From NCBI RefSeq assembly GCF_002854065.1, contig NZ_CP024147.1: 64,000 nt of DNA; one strand, written 5' to 3'. The stretch is from Escherichia coli (GTDB lineage Bacteria; Pseudomonadota; Gammaproteobacteria; Enterobacterales; Enterobacteriaceae). Positions 36,619 to 47,208 of the stretch are shown here, one piece after another (the first letter of the stretch is position 1; each line of letters starts with the position of its first letter). Position numbers and translations under genes: made by a program. Under the pieces are notes generated by a model, which ran no database searches, was not told the DNA's origin, and was given only the letters and a program-made list of their open reading frames with translations.

Positions 36619-37473
36619 TTACGCTTCTATAGCAGCGCGCAGTTTTTTCATCGCGTTCTTTTCCAGCTGGCGTACACGTTCAGCGGAAACACCGTAACGG
36701 TCAGCCAGTTCCTGCAACGTGGACTTGTTGTCTTCGTCCAGCCAGCGCGCGCGGATGATGTCCTGGCTGCGTTCGTCCAGACCCTGCATCGCGTCGGTCA
36801 GACGGTTTGCTGCCTGCTCTTCCCAGTTATCATCTTCAATGCCGTCGGCAAAGTTAGATGATTTATCCTGCAGATAGAGCACCGGTGCCATCGGTTGGCT
36901 GTCGGAATCGTCGTCGGAAGACAGGTCAAAGGTCATGTCCTGTGCCGCCATACGTGATTCCATCTCACGTACGTCTTTGCTGGTTACGCCCAGTTCACGG
37001 GCCACCATTTCGACTTCATCCTGGTTAAACCAGCCCAAACGCTGCTTGGTTTTACGCAGGTTGAAGAACAGTTTGCGCTGCGCTTTGGTGGTCGCAACTT
37101 TGACGATACGCCAGTTACGCAGAACGTATTCGTGGATCTCTGCTTTGATCCAGTGAACGGCGAAGGAGACCAGGCGCACACCCACTTCCGGGTTAAAACG
37201 GCGCACTGCTTTCATCAGGCCGATGTTACCTTCCTGAATCAAATCCGCCTGTGGCAGGCCATAGCCCGCATAATTACGAGCAATATGAACAACAAACCGC
37301 AGGTGAGACAGGATCAGCGTTTTAGCTGCTTCCAGATCGCCATGGTAATGCAGCTTTTCAGCCAGCGCCCGCTCCTCGTCAGCCGACAACATCGGCCACG
37401 CGTTAGCTGCCCGGATGTAGGAATCCAGGTTGCCAACTGGGGCTAAAGCTAAACTTTGCATTTTGTCAGTCAT
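36619..37473 (-). CDS. rpoH: RNA polymerase sigma-32 (heat-shock sigma factor)
   Basis: 284-aa [54 protein letters not shown]... Confidence 0.97.
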   Translation of the reverse strand: MTDKMQSLALAPVGNLDSYIRAANAWPMLSADEERALAEKLHYHGDLEAAKTLILSHLRFVVHIARNYAGYGLPQADLIQEGNIGLMKAVRRFNPEVGVRLVSFAVHWIKAEIHEYVLRNWRIVKVATTKAQRKLFFNLRKTKQRLGWFNQDEVEMVARELGVTSKDVREMESRMAAQDMTFDLSSDDDSDSQPMAPVLYLQDKSSNFADGIEDDNWEEQAANRLTDAMQGLDERSQDIIRARWLDEDNKSTLQELADRYGVSAERVRQLEKNAMKKLRAAIEA

Positions 37474-37579
37474 TCAAATCCTCTCAATCGATATCTTCTG
37501 GCGCTTCAGTGGTAGCAACAACTGTGCCAGAGCTTAAGAGCAACGAGGTTATCATTCACTGTTTTATCAGACCGTGATT

Positions 37580-37588
37580 TTATCCACA
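37580..37588. promoter_or_regulatory. DnaA box in the rpoH promoter region
   Basis: ttatccaca (consensus TTATNCACA), about 110 nt upstream of the rpoH start. Confidence 0.45.
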
Positions 37589-37717
37589 AGTTCAATGCAA
37601 GCTTGTGAATAAATTACGCACAAAATGTGACATAGAGATGAAATACCGGGAAGAGACAACGGGGTCTCTTTCCCTACTACGGAACCCATTGCAGGGAAAG
37701 AGTATAACACGCTTTTA

Positions 37718-38776
37718 TTATTCAGGCGTAAAGTGGCGTAAATGTTGTACCGTGGCAAGCCACGCTGCCACCCAGCCAATCATCGAGCATACCAGCAGCA
37801 ATAGCAGGCATTCATCGAACGATAAGCCATTGATATCAAACTTCGTTCCGAAAACCTGTGCCACTTCCGCAACCGCCGATGACAATCGCAGTACCAGAAT
37901 TTCTGACAAAATTAGTGACAACAATGCGCCAGAAAACCCCAGCAATGCGCCACCGTACAGGAACGGGCGCAGGATGAAACCATCCGTTGCACCAATCAGT
38001 TTCTGCACGTTAATGGAGTCACGACGAGCAAAGATACTCAGGCGTACACTGTTACCGATGACGAGGAACACTGCCGCCACCATCAACACGCCGATCATCG
38101 CCGAAACGCGCCCGACCAGCCCGGTCAACGCCGCCAGACGAGCAAACCAGCTGTCATCCATCCGCACTTCGTCAATGCCGTTAATCTGCGTGATACGATC
38201 GCGCAGCGTATTCAGTGATTCCGTCCCCTGAAAATCGAGTTTCGGGATCACCACCGCCACTGCCGGAAGCGGGTTTTCTTCCAGCATATCCAGCGCACCA
38301 CCAAAACCAGACCAGTTACGGAACTCACCCAGTGCGTCTTCACGAGAAAGATAATTCACTTTCTCCACGCCTTGCTCGGCCTGCAACTGTGCCACCACGC
38401 CCGCAGCAGCGTCATCGTCCAGCGTTTTTTGCAGATAAACAGTGATTTGCGGTGACGGATAATATTGCGTCGCCGCCTGGTTAACGTTTTTGTACACCAT
38501 ATAACAGACGCTGGGCAGCGTCAGGGAGATGGCGATAACCATCACCGTTAAAAACGTGGCGAACGGTTTGCTTTTCAGATCCTGCAATGCGCCGTGGAAG
38601 GCATAGCGCACCTGTTCGTTGAAAACGTTGGTTTTGCGATTTACCGGTTTTGGCGAGGATTTCGCGCGTTTCGGTGCGTTACGACCGCCGTCGCCTGAGC
38701 CGCCGACCGATTTACGGAAGCGATCAAGACGCCCGCCAAACTGCCGAATATGATTGATTGCATCGCGCTTATTCAT
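37718..38776 (-). CDS. ftsX: cell division ABC transporter permease-like protein
   Basis: ORF 37718..38803; ATG at 38774-38776 gives [20 protein letters not shown]. Confidence 0.94.
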
Positions 38777-39437
38777 GGCCCACGCCTCCATGCAAGTGAC
38801 CATCGCTCAGGGTGAGCATGCGATAGGAACGCCGCGAAATCAGGTTGATGTCGTGCGTTGCCATCAATACGGTTACCCCAACGCGGTTAAACTCTTCAAA
38901 CAGACGTAGAATCCCTTCCGACAACGCGTCGTCCAGGTTACCAGTCGGTTCGTCCGCCAGCAGTACCGCGGGCTTATTCACCACCGCGCGGGCAATGCCA
39001 ACACGCTGTTGTTCACCGCCGGAAAGCTGAATAGGAAAGTTCTTCGCTTTGTCCAGTAGCCCGACTTTATCCAGCGCCGCCGACACCCGGCGACGAATAT
39101 CGTCACCGCTGGCACCGGCGATAATCAGCGGGATCGCCACGTTATCGTAGACAGTACGGTCCATCAGTAGATGGTGATCCTGGAAAATCATGCCAATCTG
39201 GCGGCGCAGAAACGGAACTTCACGGTTTTTCAGACGCGTGATGTCATGGCCGCTAAACCAGATTTTCCCGGCGCTGGGCCGCTCAATCCCACAGATCAGC
39301 TTCAGGAGGGTACTTTTCCCTGCGCCGGAATGACCGGTCAGAAACGCCATCTCACCCGGCTGCATATGGAACGTAACGCCCTGCAGCGCCTGTCTCCCAC
39401 CGAGATAAGCCTTGCTGACATGTTCAAAGCGAATCAT
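38769..39437 (-). CDS. ftsE: cell division ABC transporter ATPase
   Basis: 222-aa [24 protein letters not shown]...; Walker [10 protein letters not shown]. Confidence 0.95.
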
Positions 39438-39439
39438 TG

Positions 39440-40936
39440 TTAATCCTCTCGGGCAAAAAGTGCCTCTATAAAGTCGTCCGCCTTAAACGGACGCAAATCC
39501 TCAATACGTTCGCCGACACCAATGTAGCGGATAGGGATACCAAACTGGTCAGCCACCGAGAAAATTACCCCGCCTTTCGCCGTGCCGTCCAGTTTCGTTA
39601 GCGTGATGCCGGTTAAGCCAACAGCTTCGTGGAACAGTTTGGCCTGGCTTACCGCGTTCTGCCCGGTGCTGGCATCAATAGTCAGCATAACTTCATGCGG
39701 CGCTTCAACGTCGAGTTTCTTCATCACGCGGACGATTTTCTTCAACTCTTCCATCAGATGCGATTTGTTCTGCAGACGTCCGGCGGTATCGGCAATCAGG
39801 ACGTCGATATTACGCGCTTTAGCTGCCTGAATGGCGTCGAAGATAACAGAGGCGGAATCCGCACCGGTATGCTGGGCAATCACCGGAATATTGTTGCGCT
39901 GACCCCAGACCTGAAGCTGTTCAACCGCTGCTGCACGGAAAGTATCGCCCGCCGCCAGCATCACCGATTTACCCTGCTGCTCAAACTGACGCGCCAGCTT
40001 ACCAATCGTCGTGGTTTTACCCACACCGTTGACGCCCACCATCAGGATCACGAACGGCGTTTTACCTTCAACATTCAGCGGCTCATCGACTTTCGCCAGA
40101 ATCTCGCCCATCTCTTCTTTCAGCAGGCCATAGAGCGCCTCGGCATCACGAAGCTGCTTGCGGGATGCGCCTTCCGTCAGATTGGTGATAATTTTACGTG
40201 TGGTTTCCACGCCCACATCGGCGATCAACAGCTGTTCTTCCAGCTCTTCAAAAAGATCATCGTCGATTTTTTTACCGCGGAACAGGCTGATAAATCCGGA
40301 ACCGAGGTTTTCTTTGGTTTTTAACAGGCTGCGTTTCAGGCGCGCGAAGAAACCTTCTTTGGTCGGCTTTTCCTGCTCCTGAGCAATTTCTCCCACCGGC
40401 TGCTCTTCTTCTGCCGGAGGAACCACCATCACCGCCTCTTCTGCCGCTTCGGCAGCCAGCGCCTGTGTTTCCAGCTCTTCGTCGGTGATTTCTTCTTTAG
40501 CCGCTTCTTCTTCCGCCGCTTCGACAATCTCTACGGTTTCCGCTTCAGCCTGCCACTCTTTTGGCGAAACCTCTTCGGCGTTGACGTCTTCCGGCAACGG
40601 CAGTTCTTCACGTTCGATAGCCACTGGCTCCGGCGTTTCTTCTACGACCGGTTCCGGCTGTGCAACGACTTCCGCTTCAGGCTGCGCTTTTTCACTTTCA
40701 GCTACCTGTTCAGTGACTTCCACAACTTCGGCAGCAAAAGTTTCCGCCTCGGCTTCAGTATGCGCCTGCGGCTGCTCTTCAACGGCTTGTTCAGAAGCCT
40801 TCACAGGCTCTTGCGCCTGAACGATTTCTTCTACAACCGGTTGTTCATTCTGAACTTCTGTCTCTTTTTCCGGGGTCTGCTCTTTTTGACCAAAGCCCAG
40901 CCAGGAAAAAAAGCCACGTTTTTTTTCTTTCGCCAT
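39440..40936 (-). CDS. ftsY: signal recognition particle receptor
   Basis: 498-aa ORF; acidic repetitive N-domain (E/A/Q-rich), C-terminal SRP GTPase (GVNGVGKTTTIGKLA). Confidence 0.95.
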   Translation of the reverse strand: MAKEKKRGFFSWLGFGQKEQTPEKETEVQNEQPVVEEIVQAQEPVKASEQAVEEQPQAHTEAEAETFAAEVVEVTEQVAESEKAQPEAEVVAQPEPVVEETPEPVAIEREELPLPEDVNAEEVSPKEWQAEAETVEIVEAAEEEAAKEEITDEELETQALAAEAAEEAVMVVPPAEEEQPVGEIAQEQEKPTKEGFFARLKRSLLKTKENLGSGFISLFRGKKIDDDLFEELEEQLLIADVGVETTRKIITNLTEGASRKQLRDAEALYGLLKEEMGEILAKVDEPLNVEGKTPFVILMVGVNGVGKTTTIGKLARQFEQQGKSVMLAAGDTFRAAAVEQLQVWGQRNNIPVIAQHTGADSASVIFDAIQAAKARNIDVLIADTAGRLQNKSHLMEELKKIVRVMKKLDVEAPHEVMLTIDASTGQNAVSQAKLFHEAVGLTGITLTKLDGTAKGGVIFSVADQFGIPIRYIGVGERIEDLRPFKADDFIEALFARED

Positions 40937-41085
40937 TTGCGACTACACTCCTCGCTGTTGCTTCATGGCACAGCGTTAACGCTATGTACATAGCAGCTAA
41001 AAAAATGATGAAATAGTCTATCACTTAACTTAATTCACATCACCGCCTGCAAGTATGTGTTATCTGGCGGATTGAGCAATTTATC

Positions 41086-41682
41086 ATGAAAAAACCGAAT
41101 CATTCCGGCAGCGGCCAAATCCGCATTATTGGCGGGCAGTGGCGAGGCCGTAAACTCCCGGTTCCTGATAGCCCAGGTCTGCGCCCCACCACCGACCGCG
41201 TACGCGAAACGTTATTTAACTGGCTGGCTCCGGTCATTGTTGACGCCCAATGTCTGGATTGCTTCGCCGGAAGCGGCGCACTGGGGCTGGAAGCGTTATC
41301 ACGCTACGCTGCGGGGGCCACGTTGATTGAGATGGATCGTGCAGTTTCTCAGCAGTTAATTAAGAACCTGGCGACACTAAAAGCAGGCAATGCACGCGTG
41401 GTGAACAGCAACGCAATGTCATTCCTGGCGCAAAAAGGCACACCGCATAATATCGTGTTTGTCGATCCACCGTTCCGCCGTGGCTTGTTAGAAGAGACGA
41501 TAAATTTACTGGAAGATAACGGCTGGCTGGCTGATGAAGCCCTGATTTATGTCGAAAGCGAAGTCGAAAACGGTCTGCCCACTGTTCCGGCAAACTGGTC
41601 ATTACATCGGGAAAAAGTGGCGGGTCAGGTGGCTTATCGGCTGTATCAACGCGAAGCACAAGGAGAAAGTGATGCTGATTAA
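41086..41682 (+). CDS. rsmD: 16S rRNA m2G966 methyltransferase
   Basis: 198-aa ORF MKKPNHSGSGQIRIIGGQWRGRKL...; SAM-MTase motifs DCFAGSGALGLEA and FVDPPF. Confidence 0.92.
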   Translation: MKKPNHSGSGQIRIIGGQWRGRKLPVPDSPGLRPTTDRVRETLFNWLAPVIVDAQCLDCFAGSGALGLEALSRYAAGATLIEMDRAVSQQLIKNLATLKAGNARVVNSNAMSFLAQKGTPHNIVFVDPPFRRGLLEETINLLEDNGWLADEALIYVESEVENGLPTVPANWSLHREKVAGQVAYRLYQREAQGESDAD

Positions 41683-41941
41683 TATTGGACGTTTGTTAAT
41701 GCTCTGCGTTTGGGGATTTTTAATCCTCAACCTGGTGCATCCCTTCCCGCGTCCGCTGAATATTTTCGTTAACGTGGCGCTGATTTTTACCGTGCTGATG
41801 CATGGTATGCAGCTGGCGCTGTTGAAATCGACCTTGCCGAAAGATGGCCCGCAGATGACCACCGCCGAAAAGGTGCGGATTTTCCTTTTCGGCGTGTTTG
41901 AACTGCTGGTCTGGCAGAAGAAATTTAAAGTTAAAAAATAA
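41672..41941 (+). CDS. yhhL: small inner membrane protein (DUF1145)
   Basis: ORF 41549..41941; ATG at 41672 preceded by aggag RBS gives MLINIGRLLMLCVWGFLIL; overlaps rsmD 3' end by 11 nt. Confidence 0.85.
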   Translation: MLINIGRLLMLCVWGFLILNLVHPFPRPLNIFVNVALIFTVLMHGMQLALLKSTLPKDGPQMTTAEKVRIFLFGVFELLVWQKKFKVKK

Positions 41942-41943
41942 CC

Positions 41944-42303
41944 TTATTGTTTGCCTACAAAGCTGACAAAGCGCGTTCCTTTATAGCTCAGCGTACCTTT
42001 ATCGCCCACTGTCAGGGCGTGGTACTGCTGGGCGTCGAGGCGAAACGTTTGCTCCATTCCTCCGCTTTGCGGTTTGAAGCTTGCCTCATAGCGTATACTG
42101 GTGCCTGCCGGAGTCACTTCTTGCTGGCGCGAACGGCGATCGTTAATCGGTTTTTCCCGCTTGTTGCTCACCACCACCAGCTTTTGCTGGAGCGGAGCCA
42201 TATCATTATCAGCTTTTTCCCGTCGCTGTTGCATAAAACGAAACGATGCGGCGACGACAATTAAGCCAATGATAACAATAAAGAAAAGAGGTGGTTTGCT
42301 CAT
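41944..42303 (-). CDS. yhhM: DUF2500 membrane-anchored protein
   Basis: 119-aa ORF MSKPPLFFIVIIGLIVVAASFRF... Confidence 0.85.
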   Translation of the reverse strand: MSKPPLFFIVIIGLIVVAASFRFMQQRREKADNDMAPLQQKLVVVSNKREKPINDRRSRQQEVTPAGTSIRYEASFKPQSGGMEQTFRLDAQQYHALTVGDKGTLSYKGTRFVSFVGKQ

Positions 42304-42443
42304 CTTTATCCCTCATCGGAAAATGCGGAATTAAGCATACCCTGCCAGTTATGGTGTTGTCATCCGTCCACCCTCGCCACTAAACTGGAAGCAAGACCGT
42401 AGGCATTCCGCCTACGAAAAAATAACGAATTCAAGGAACTAAG

Positions 42444-43070
42444 ATGCTTTGGTCGTTTATCGCTGTCTGTCTTTCCGCATGGCTATCTGTGGATGCATCG
42501 TATCGTGGGCCAACCTGGCAACGCTGGGTGTTTAAACCGTTAACCCTTCTTCTCCTGCTGTTACTGGCCTGGCAAGCGCCGATGTTCGACGCCATTAGCT
42601 ATCTGGTGCTGGCAGGGCTGTGCGCCTCACTGCTGGGCGATGCGCTAACCCTGTTGCCACGTCAACGTCTGATGTACGCCATCGGCGCGTTTTTCCTCTC
42701 GCACCTGCTGTACACCATCTATTTCGCCAGTCAGATGACGCTCTCTTTCTTCTGGCCTCTGCCACTGGTGTTGCTGGTTCTGGGCGCGCTGTTACTGGCG
42801 ATTATCTGGACGCGGCTGGAAGAGTATCGTTGGCCCATCTGCACGTTTATCGGCATGACGCTGGTGATGGTGTGGCTGGCAGGTGAACTGTGGTTCTTCC
42901 GTCCGACCGCTCCGGCACTCTCTGCGTTTGTCGGCGCTTCGTTGCTGTTTATCAGTAACTTTGTCTGGCTGGGTAGCCACTATCGCCGACGCTTCCGTGC
43001 GGATAACGCGATTGCTGCGGCCTGCTACTTTGCCGGTCACTTCCTCATCGTCCGCTCGCTGTATCTCTGA
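42444..43070 (+). CDS. yhhN: YhhN-family polytopic membrane protein
   Basis: 208-aa hydrophobic ORF. Confidence 0.9.
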
Positions 43071-43076
43071 TAAAAC

Positions 43077-43108
43077 TTGACTCTGGAGTCGACTCCAGAG
43101 TGTATCCT
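43077..43108 (+). promoter_or_regulatory. zntA promoter with ZntR (MerR-type) operator
   Basis: -35 ttgact (43077-43082), perfect 22-bp palindrome actctggagtcgactccagagt (43080-43101) within a 20-bp spacer, -10 tatcct (43103-43108). Confidence 0.7.
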
Positions 43109-43143
43109 TCGGTTAATGAGAAAAAACTTAACCGGAGGATGCC

Positions 43144-45342
43144 ATGTCGACTCCTGACAATCACGGCAAGAAAGCCCCTCAATTTGCTGCGTTCAAACCG
43201 CTAACCACGGTACAGAACGCCAACGACTGTTGCTGCGACGGCGCATGTTCCAGCACGCCAACGCTCTCTGAAAACGTCTCCGGCACCCGCTATAGCTGGA
43301 AAGTCAGCGGCATGGACTGCGCCGCCTGTGCGCGCAAGGTAGAAAATGCCGTGCGCCAGCTTGCAGGCGTGAATCAGGTGCAGGTACTGTTCGCCACCGA
43401 AAAACTGGTGGTCGATGCCGACAATGACATCCGTGCACAAGTTGAATCTGCGGTGCAAAAAGCGGGCTATTCCCTGCGCGATGAACAGTCCGCCGAAGAA
43501 CCGCAAGCATCACGCCTGAAAGAGAATTTGTCGCTGATTACGCTAATCGTGATGATGGTAATCAGCTGGGGTCTGGAGCAGTTCAATCATCCGTTTGGGC
43601 AACTGGCGTTTATCGCGACCACGCTGGTTGGGCTGTACCCGATTGCTCGTCAGGCATTACGGCTGATCAAATCAGGCAGTTACTTCGCCATTGAAACGTT
43701 AATGAGCGTAGCTGCTATTGGTGCGCTGTTTATTGGCGCAACGGCTGAAGCTGCGATGGTGTTGCTGCTGTTTTTGATTGGTGAACGACTGGAAGGCTGG
43801 GCCGCCAGCCGCGCGCGTCAGGGCGTTAGCGCGTTAATGGCGCTGAAACCAGAAACCGCCACGCGCCTGCGTAACGGTGAGCGGGAAGAGGTGGCGATTA
43901 ACAGCCTGCGCCCTGGCGATGTGATTGAAGTCGCCGCAGGTGGACGTTTGCCTGCCGACGGTAAACTGCTCTCACCGTTTGCCAGTTTTGATGAAAGCGC
44001 CCTGACCGGCGAATCCATTCCGGTGGAGCGCGCAACGGGCGATAAAGTCCCTGCTGGTGCCACCAGCGTAGACCGTCTGGTGACGTTGGAAGTATTGTCA
44101 GAACCGGGAGCCAGCGCCATTGACCGGATTCTGAAACTGATCGAAGAAGCCGAAGAGCGTCGCGCTCCCATTGAGCGGTTTATCGACCGTTTCAGCCGTA
44201 TTTACACGCCAGCGATTATGGCCGTCGCCCTGCTGGTAACGCTGGTGCCGCCGCTGCTGTTTGCCGCCAGCTGGCAAGAGTGGATTTATAAAGGCCTGAC
44301 GCTGCTGCTGATTGGCTGCCCATGTGCGTTAGTTATCTCCACGCCCGCGGCGATTACCTCCGGGCTGGCAGCAGCGGCACGTCGTGGGGCGTTAATTAAA
44401 GGCGGTGCGGCGCTGGAGCAGCTAGGTCGTGTTACCCAGGTGGCGTTTGATAAAACCGGTACGCTGACCGTCGGTAAACCGCGCGTTACCGCGATTCATC
44501 CGGCAACGGGTATTAGTGAATCTGAACTGCTGACACTGGCGGCGGCGGTCGAGCAAGGCGCGACGCATCCACTGGCGCAGGCCATCGTGCGCGAAGCACA
44601 GGTTGCTGCACTCGCCATTCCCGCCGCCGAATCACAGCGGGCGCTGGTCGGGTCTGGCATTGAAGCGCAGGTTAACGGTGAGCGCGTATTGATTTGCGCT
44701 GCCGGGAAACATCCCGCTGATGCATTTGCTGGTTTAATTAACGAACTGGAAAGCGCCGGGCAAACGGTAGTGCTGGTAGTACGTAACGATGACGTGCTTG
44801 GTGTCATTGCGTTACAGGATACCCTGCGCGCCGATGCTGCAACTGCCATCAGTGAACTGAACGCGCTGGGCGTCAAAGGGGTGATCCTCACCGGCGATAA
44901 TCCACGCGCAGCGGCGGCAATTGCCGGGGAGCTGGGGCTGGAGTTTAAAGCGGGCCTGTTGCCGGAAGATAAAGTCAAAGCGGTGACCGAGCTGAATCAA
45001 CATGCGCCGCTGGCGATGGTCGGTGACGGTATTAACGACGCGCCAGCGATGAAAGCTGCCGCCATCGGGATTGCTATGGGTAGCGGCACAGACGTGGCGC
45101 TGGAAACCGCCGACGCAGCATTAACCCATAACCACCTGCGCGGTCTGGTGCAAATGATTGAACTGGCACGTGCAACTCACGCCAATATCCGCCAGAACAT
45201 CACTATTGCGCTGGGGCTGAAAGGGATCTTCCTCGTCACCACGCTGTTAGGAATGACCGGACTATGGCTGGCGGTGCTGGCAGATACGGGTGCGACGGTG
45301 CTGGTGACAGCGAATGCGTTAAGATTGTTGCGCAGGAGATAA
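43144..45342 (+). CDS. zntA: Zn/Cd/Pb-exporting P1B-type ATPase
   Basis: 732-aa ORF; N-terminal metal-binding GMDCAAC, CPC motif (IGCPCALV), phosphorylation site DKTGTLT. Confidence 0.95.
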   Translation: MSTPDNHGKKAPQFAAFKPLTTVQNANDCCCDGACSSTPTLSENVSGTRYSWKVSGMDCAACARKVENAVRQLAGVNQVQVLFATEKLVVDADNDIRAQVESAVQKAGYSLRDEQSAEEPQASRLKENLSLITLIVMMVISWGLEQFNHPFGQLAFIATTLVGLYPIARQALRLIKSGSYFAIETLMSVAAIGALFIGATAEAAMVLLLFLIGERLEGWAASRARQGVSALMALKPETATRLRNGEREEVAINSLRPGDVIEVAAGGRLPADGKLLSPFASFDESALTGESIPVERATGDKVPAGATSVDRLVTLEVLSEPGASAIDRILKLIEEAEERRAPIERFIDRFSRIYTPAIMAVALLVTLVPPLLFAASWQEWIYKGLTLLLIGCPCALVISTPAAITSGLAAAARRGALIKGGAALEQLGRVTQVAFDKTGTLTVGKPRVTAIHPATGISESELLTLAAAVEQGATHPLAQAIVREAQVAALAIPAAESQRALVGSGIEAQVNGERVLICAAGKHPADAFAGLINELESAGQTVVLVVRNDDVLGVIALQDTLRADAATAISELNALGVKGVILTGDNPRAAAAIAGELGLEFKAGLLPEDKVKAVTELNQHAPLAMVGDGINDAPAMKAAAIGIAMGSGTDVALETADAALTHNHLRGLVQMIELARATHANIRQNITIALGLKGIFLVTTLLGMTGLWLAVLADTGATVLVTANALRLLRRR

Positions 45343-45348
45343 GGCAAA

Positions 45349-45412
45349 CCGATCGCAACATTGAGCGCGATCGGTCCCCTCGCTCCTCTGGGGAGAGGGT
45401 TAGGGTGAGGGG
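45349..45412. repeat. intergenic hairpin plus G-rich palindromic repeat between zntA and tusA
   Basis: Arms ccgatcgc/gcgatcgg, then cccctcgctcctctggggagagggttagggtgagggg; a spurious ORF across it translates to LTLTLSPEERG. Confidence 0.4.
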
Positions 45413-45443
45413 AAAAGGCGGCATCGAAGCCAATCTGCCCCCA

Positions 45444-45689
45444 TCAACCACCTTTACGAATCAAATAACGATAAGGCAGTCCATCCGTCTCTTTGGCAAC
45501 CAGTTCGTGTTCCATAAAGGTACAAAACCCAGGGATATCGCGGGTCGTCGCCGGATCGTCAGCAATAATCAGCAACGTTTCACCTGGCTGCATATTGCGC
45601 ACTGTTTTGCGCACCATCATTACTGGTTCCGGGCAGCGCAGGCCAAGTGCGTCGAGTGTGTGGTCAGGGCTGGAAAAGAGATCGGTCAT
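45444..45689 (-). CDS. tusA: sulfur carrier protein (tRNA 2-thiouridine synthesis)
   Basis: 81-aa [28 protein letters not shown] (conserved CPxP cysteine). Confidence 0.95.
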
Positions 45690-45909
45690 TTTCTTCTCAT
45701 CACATAAAAAAACGGCGCTAGTTTACGCCCTGTGAGTCCGTAAGCAAACCAGGTTAACGATTGCGTAAAAATTAACCATTGCATTGTCAACGTAAAGCAG
45801 TATCATGCGGCGGCTCGAAAAAAGGGTAAGCACGTTATTATGTTAAGGTAACAGACGTGTCGTACGTATTGGGTTCCCTCACCCCAATGGTTAATCAAAA
45901 AGGTACAAT

Positions 45910-46575
45910 ATGAACGTTTTCTCGCAAACTCAACGCTATAAAGCGTTGTTCTGGTTATCGTTATTTCATCTGCTGGTGATCACCTCCAGTAACTATCTGG
46001 TTCAGCTTCCCGTCTCCATTTTTGGTTTCCATACCACCTGGGGCGCGTTTAGCTTTCCGTTTATCTTTCTCGCTACCGACCTGACCGTACGTATTTTTGG
46101 CGCACCGCTGGCCCGTCGTATCATCTTTGCGGTGATGATCCCGGCATTGCTGATCTCCTACGTCATCTCGTCGCTATTCTATATGGGTTCATGGCAGGGA
46201 TTCGGCGCACTCGCCCACTTCAACCTGTTTGTCGCCCGTATCGCCACCGCCAGTTTCATGGCCTACGCGCTGGGACAGATCCTCGACGTGCACGTTTTTA
46301 ACCGCCTGCGTCAGAGTCGCCGCTGGTGGCTGGCACCGACAGCGTCCACACTGTTCGGTAACGTCAGCGACACGCTGGCCTTTTTCTTCATTGCCTTCTG
46401 GCGTAGCCCGGATGCCTTTATGGCTGAACACTGGATGGAAATCGCGCTGGTCGATTACTGTTTCAAAGTGTTAATCAGTATCGTTTTCTTCCTGCCAATG
46501 TATGGCGTATTACTCAATATGCTGTTGAAAAGACTGGCAGATAAATCCGAAATCAACGCTTTGCAGGCGAGTTAA
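45910..46575 (+). CDS. yhhQ: queuosine-precursor transporter family membrane protein
   Basis: 221-aa polytopic ORF MNVFSQTQRYKALFWLSLFHLLV... Confidence 0.9.
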   Translation: MNVFSQTQRYKALFWLSLFHLLVITSSNYLVQLPVSIFGFHTTWGAFSFPFIFLATDLTVRIFGAPLARRIIFAVMIPALLISYVISSLFYMGSWQGFGALAHFNLFVARIATASFMAYALGQILDVHVFNRLRQSRRWWLAPTASTLFGNVSDTLAFFFIAFWRSPDAFMAEHWMEIALVDYCFKVLISIVFFLPMYGVLLNMLLKRLADKSEINALQAS

Positions 46576-46647
46576 AGGTTCGTTATCAGAGTTGTGATAA
46601 GATGGATGAATGAGCCGTTATGGCCGTTTATCGAAAGGAAGAAGTCA

Positions 46648-47205
46648 ATGCGCAATCTGGTTAAATATGTCGGAATTGGCCTGCTGGTTATGGGGCTTGC
46701 GGCCTGTGATGATAAAGACACTAACGCTACGGCGCAGGGTTCGGTCGCGGAAAGTAACGCTACCGGGAATCCCGTCAACCTGCTTGATGGCAAGTTAAGT
46801 TTCTCGCTGCCAGCGGATATGACCGACCAGAGCGGTAAGCTGGGAACGCAGGCCAATAACATGCATGTCTGGTCCGACGCCACCGGTCAGAAAGCAGTCA
46901 TCGTCATCATGGGCGATGATCCGAAAGAAGATCTGGCGGTGCTGGCGAAGCGTCTGGAAGATCAGCAACGTAGCCGCGATCCGCAGCTGCAAGTGGTAAC
47001 CAATAAAGCCATTGAGCTGAAAGGTCACAAAATGCAGCAGTTAGACAGTATTATCTCCGCGAAAGGCCAGACGGCGTACTCTTCCGTTATTCTGGGTAAC
47101 GTGGGTAATCAACTGCTAACCATGCAAATTACGCTGCCAGCTGACGATCAGCAAAAAGCGCAGACAACCGCAGAAAACATCATTAATACGCTGGTTATTC
47201 AGTAA
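46648..47205 (+). CDS. dcrB: periplasmic lipoprotein DcrB
   Basis: ORF 46594..47205; ATG at 46648 gives [20 protein letters not shown] (lipobox). Confidence 0.9.
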
Positions 47206-47208
47206 GTT

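Noticed and set aside
39629-40820. Plus-strand ORFs of 231 and 111 aa (S/A/T-rich) with periodic sequence at 40.4-40.9 kb
   Set aside because: Antisense to ftsY; the periodicity comes from the acidic, repetitive N-domain of FtsY (E/A/Q-rich). It is not a CRISPR or tandem-repeat locus; no spacer-repeat structure.
45236-45451. 71-aa minus-strand ORF containing LTLTLSPEERG
   Set aside because: Overlaps the zntA 3' end and spans the G-rich intergenic repeat; interpreted as translation of a repeat element, not a gene.
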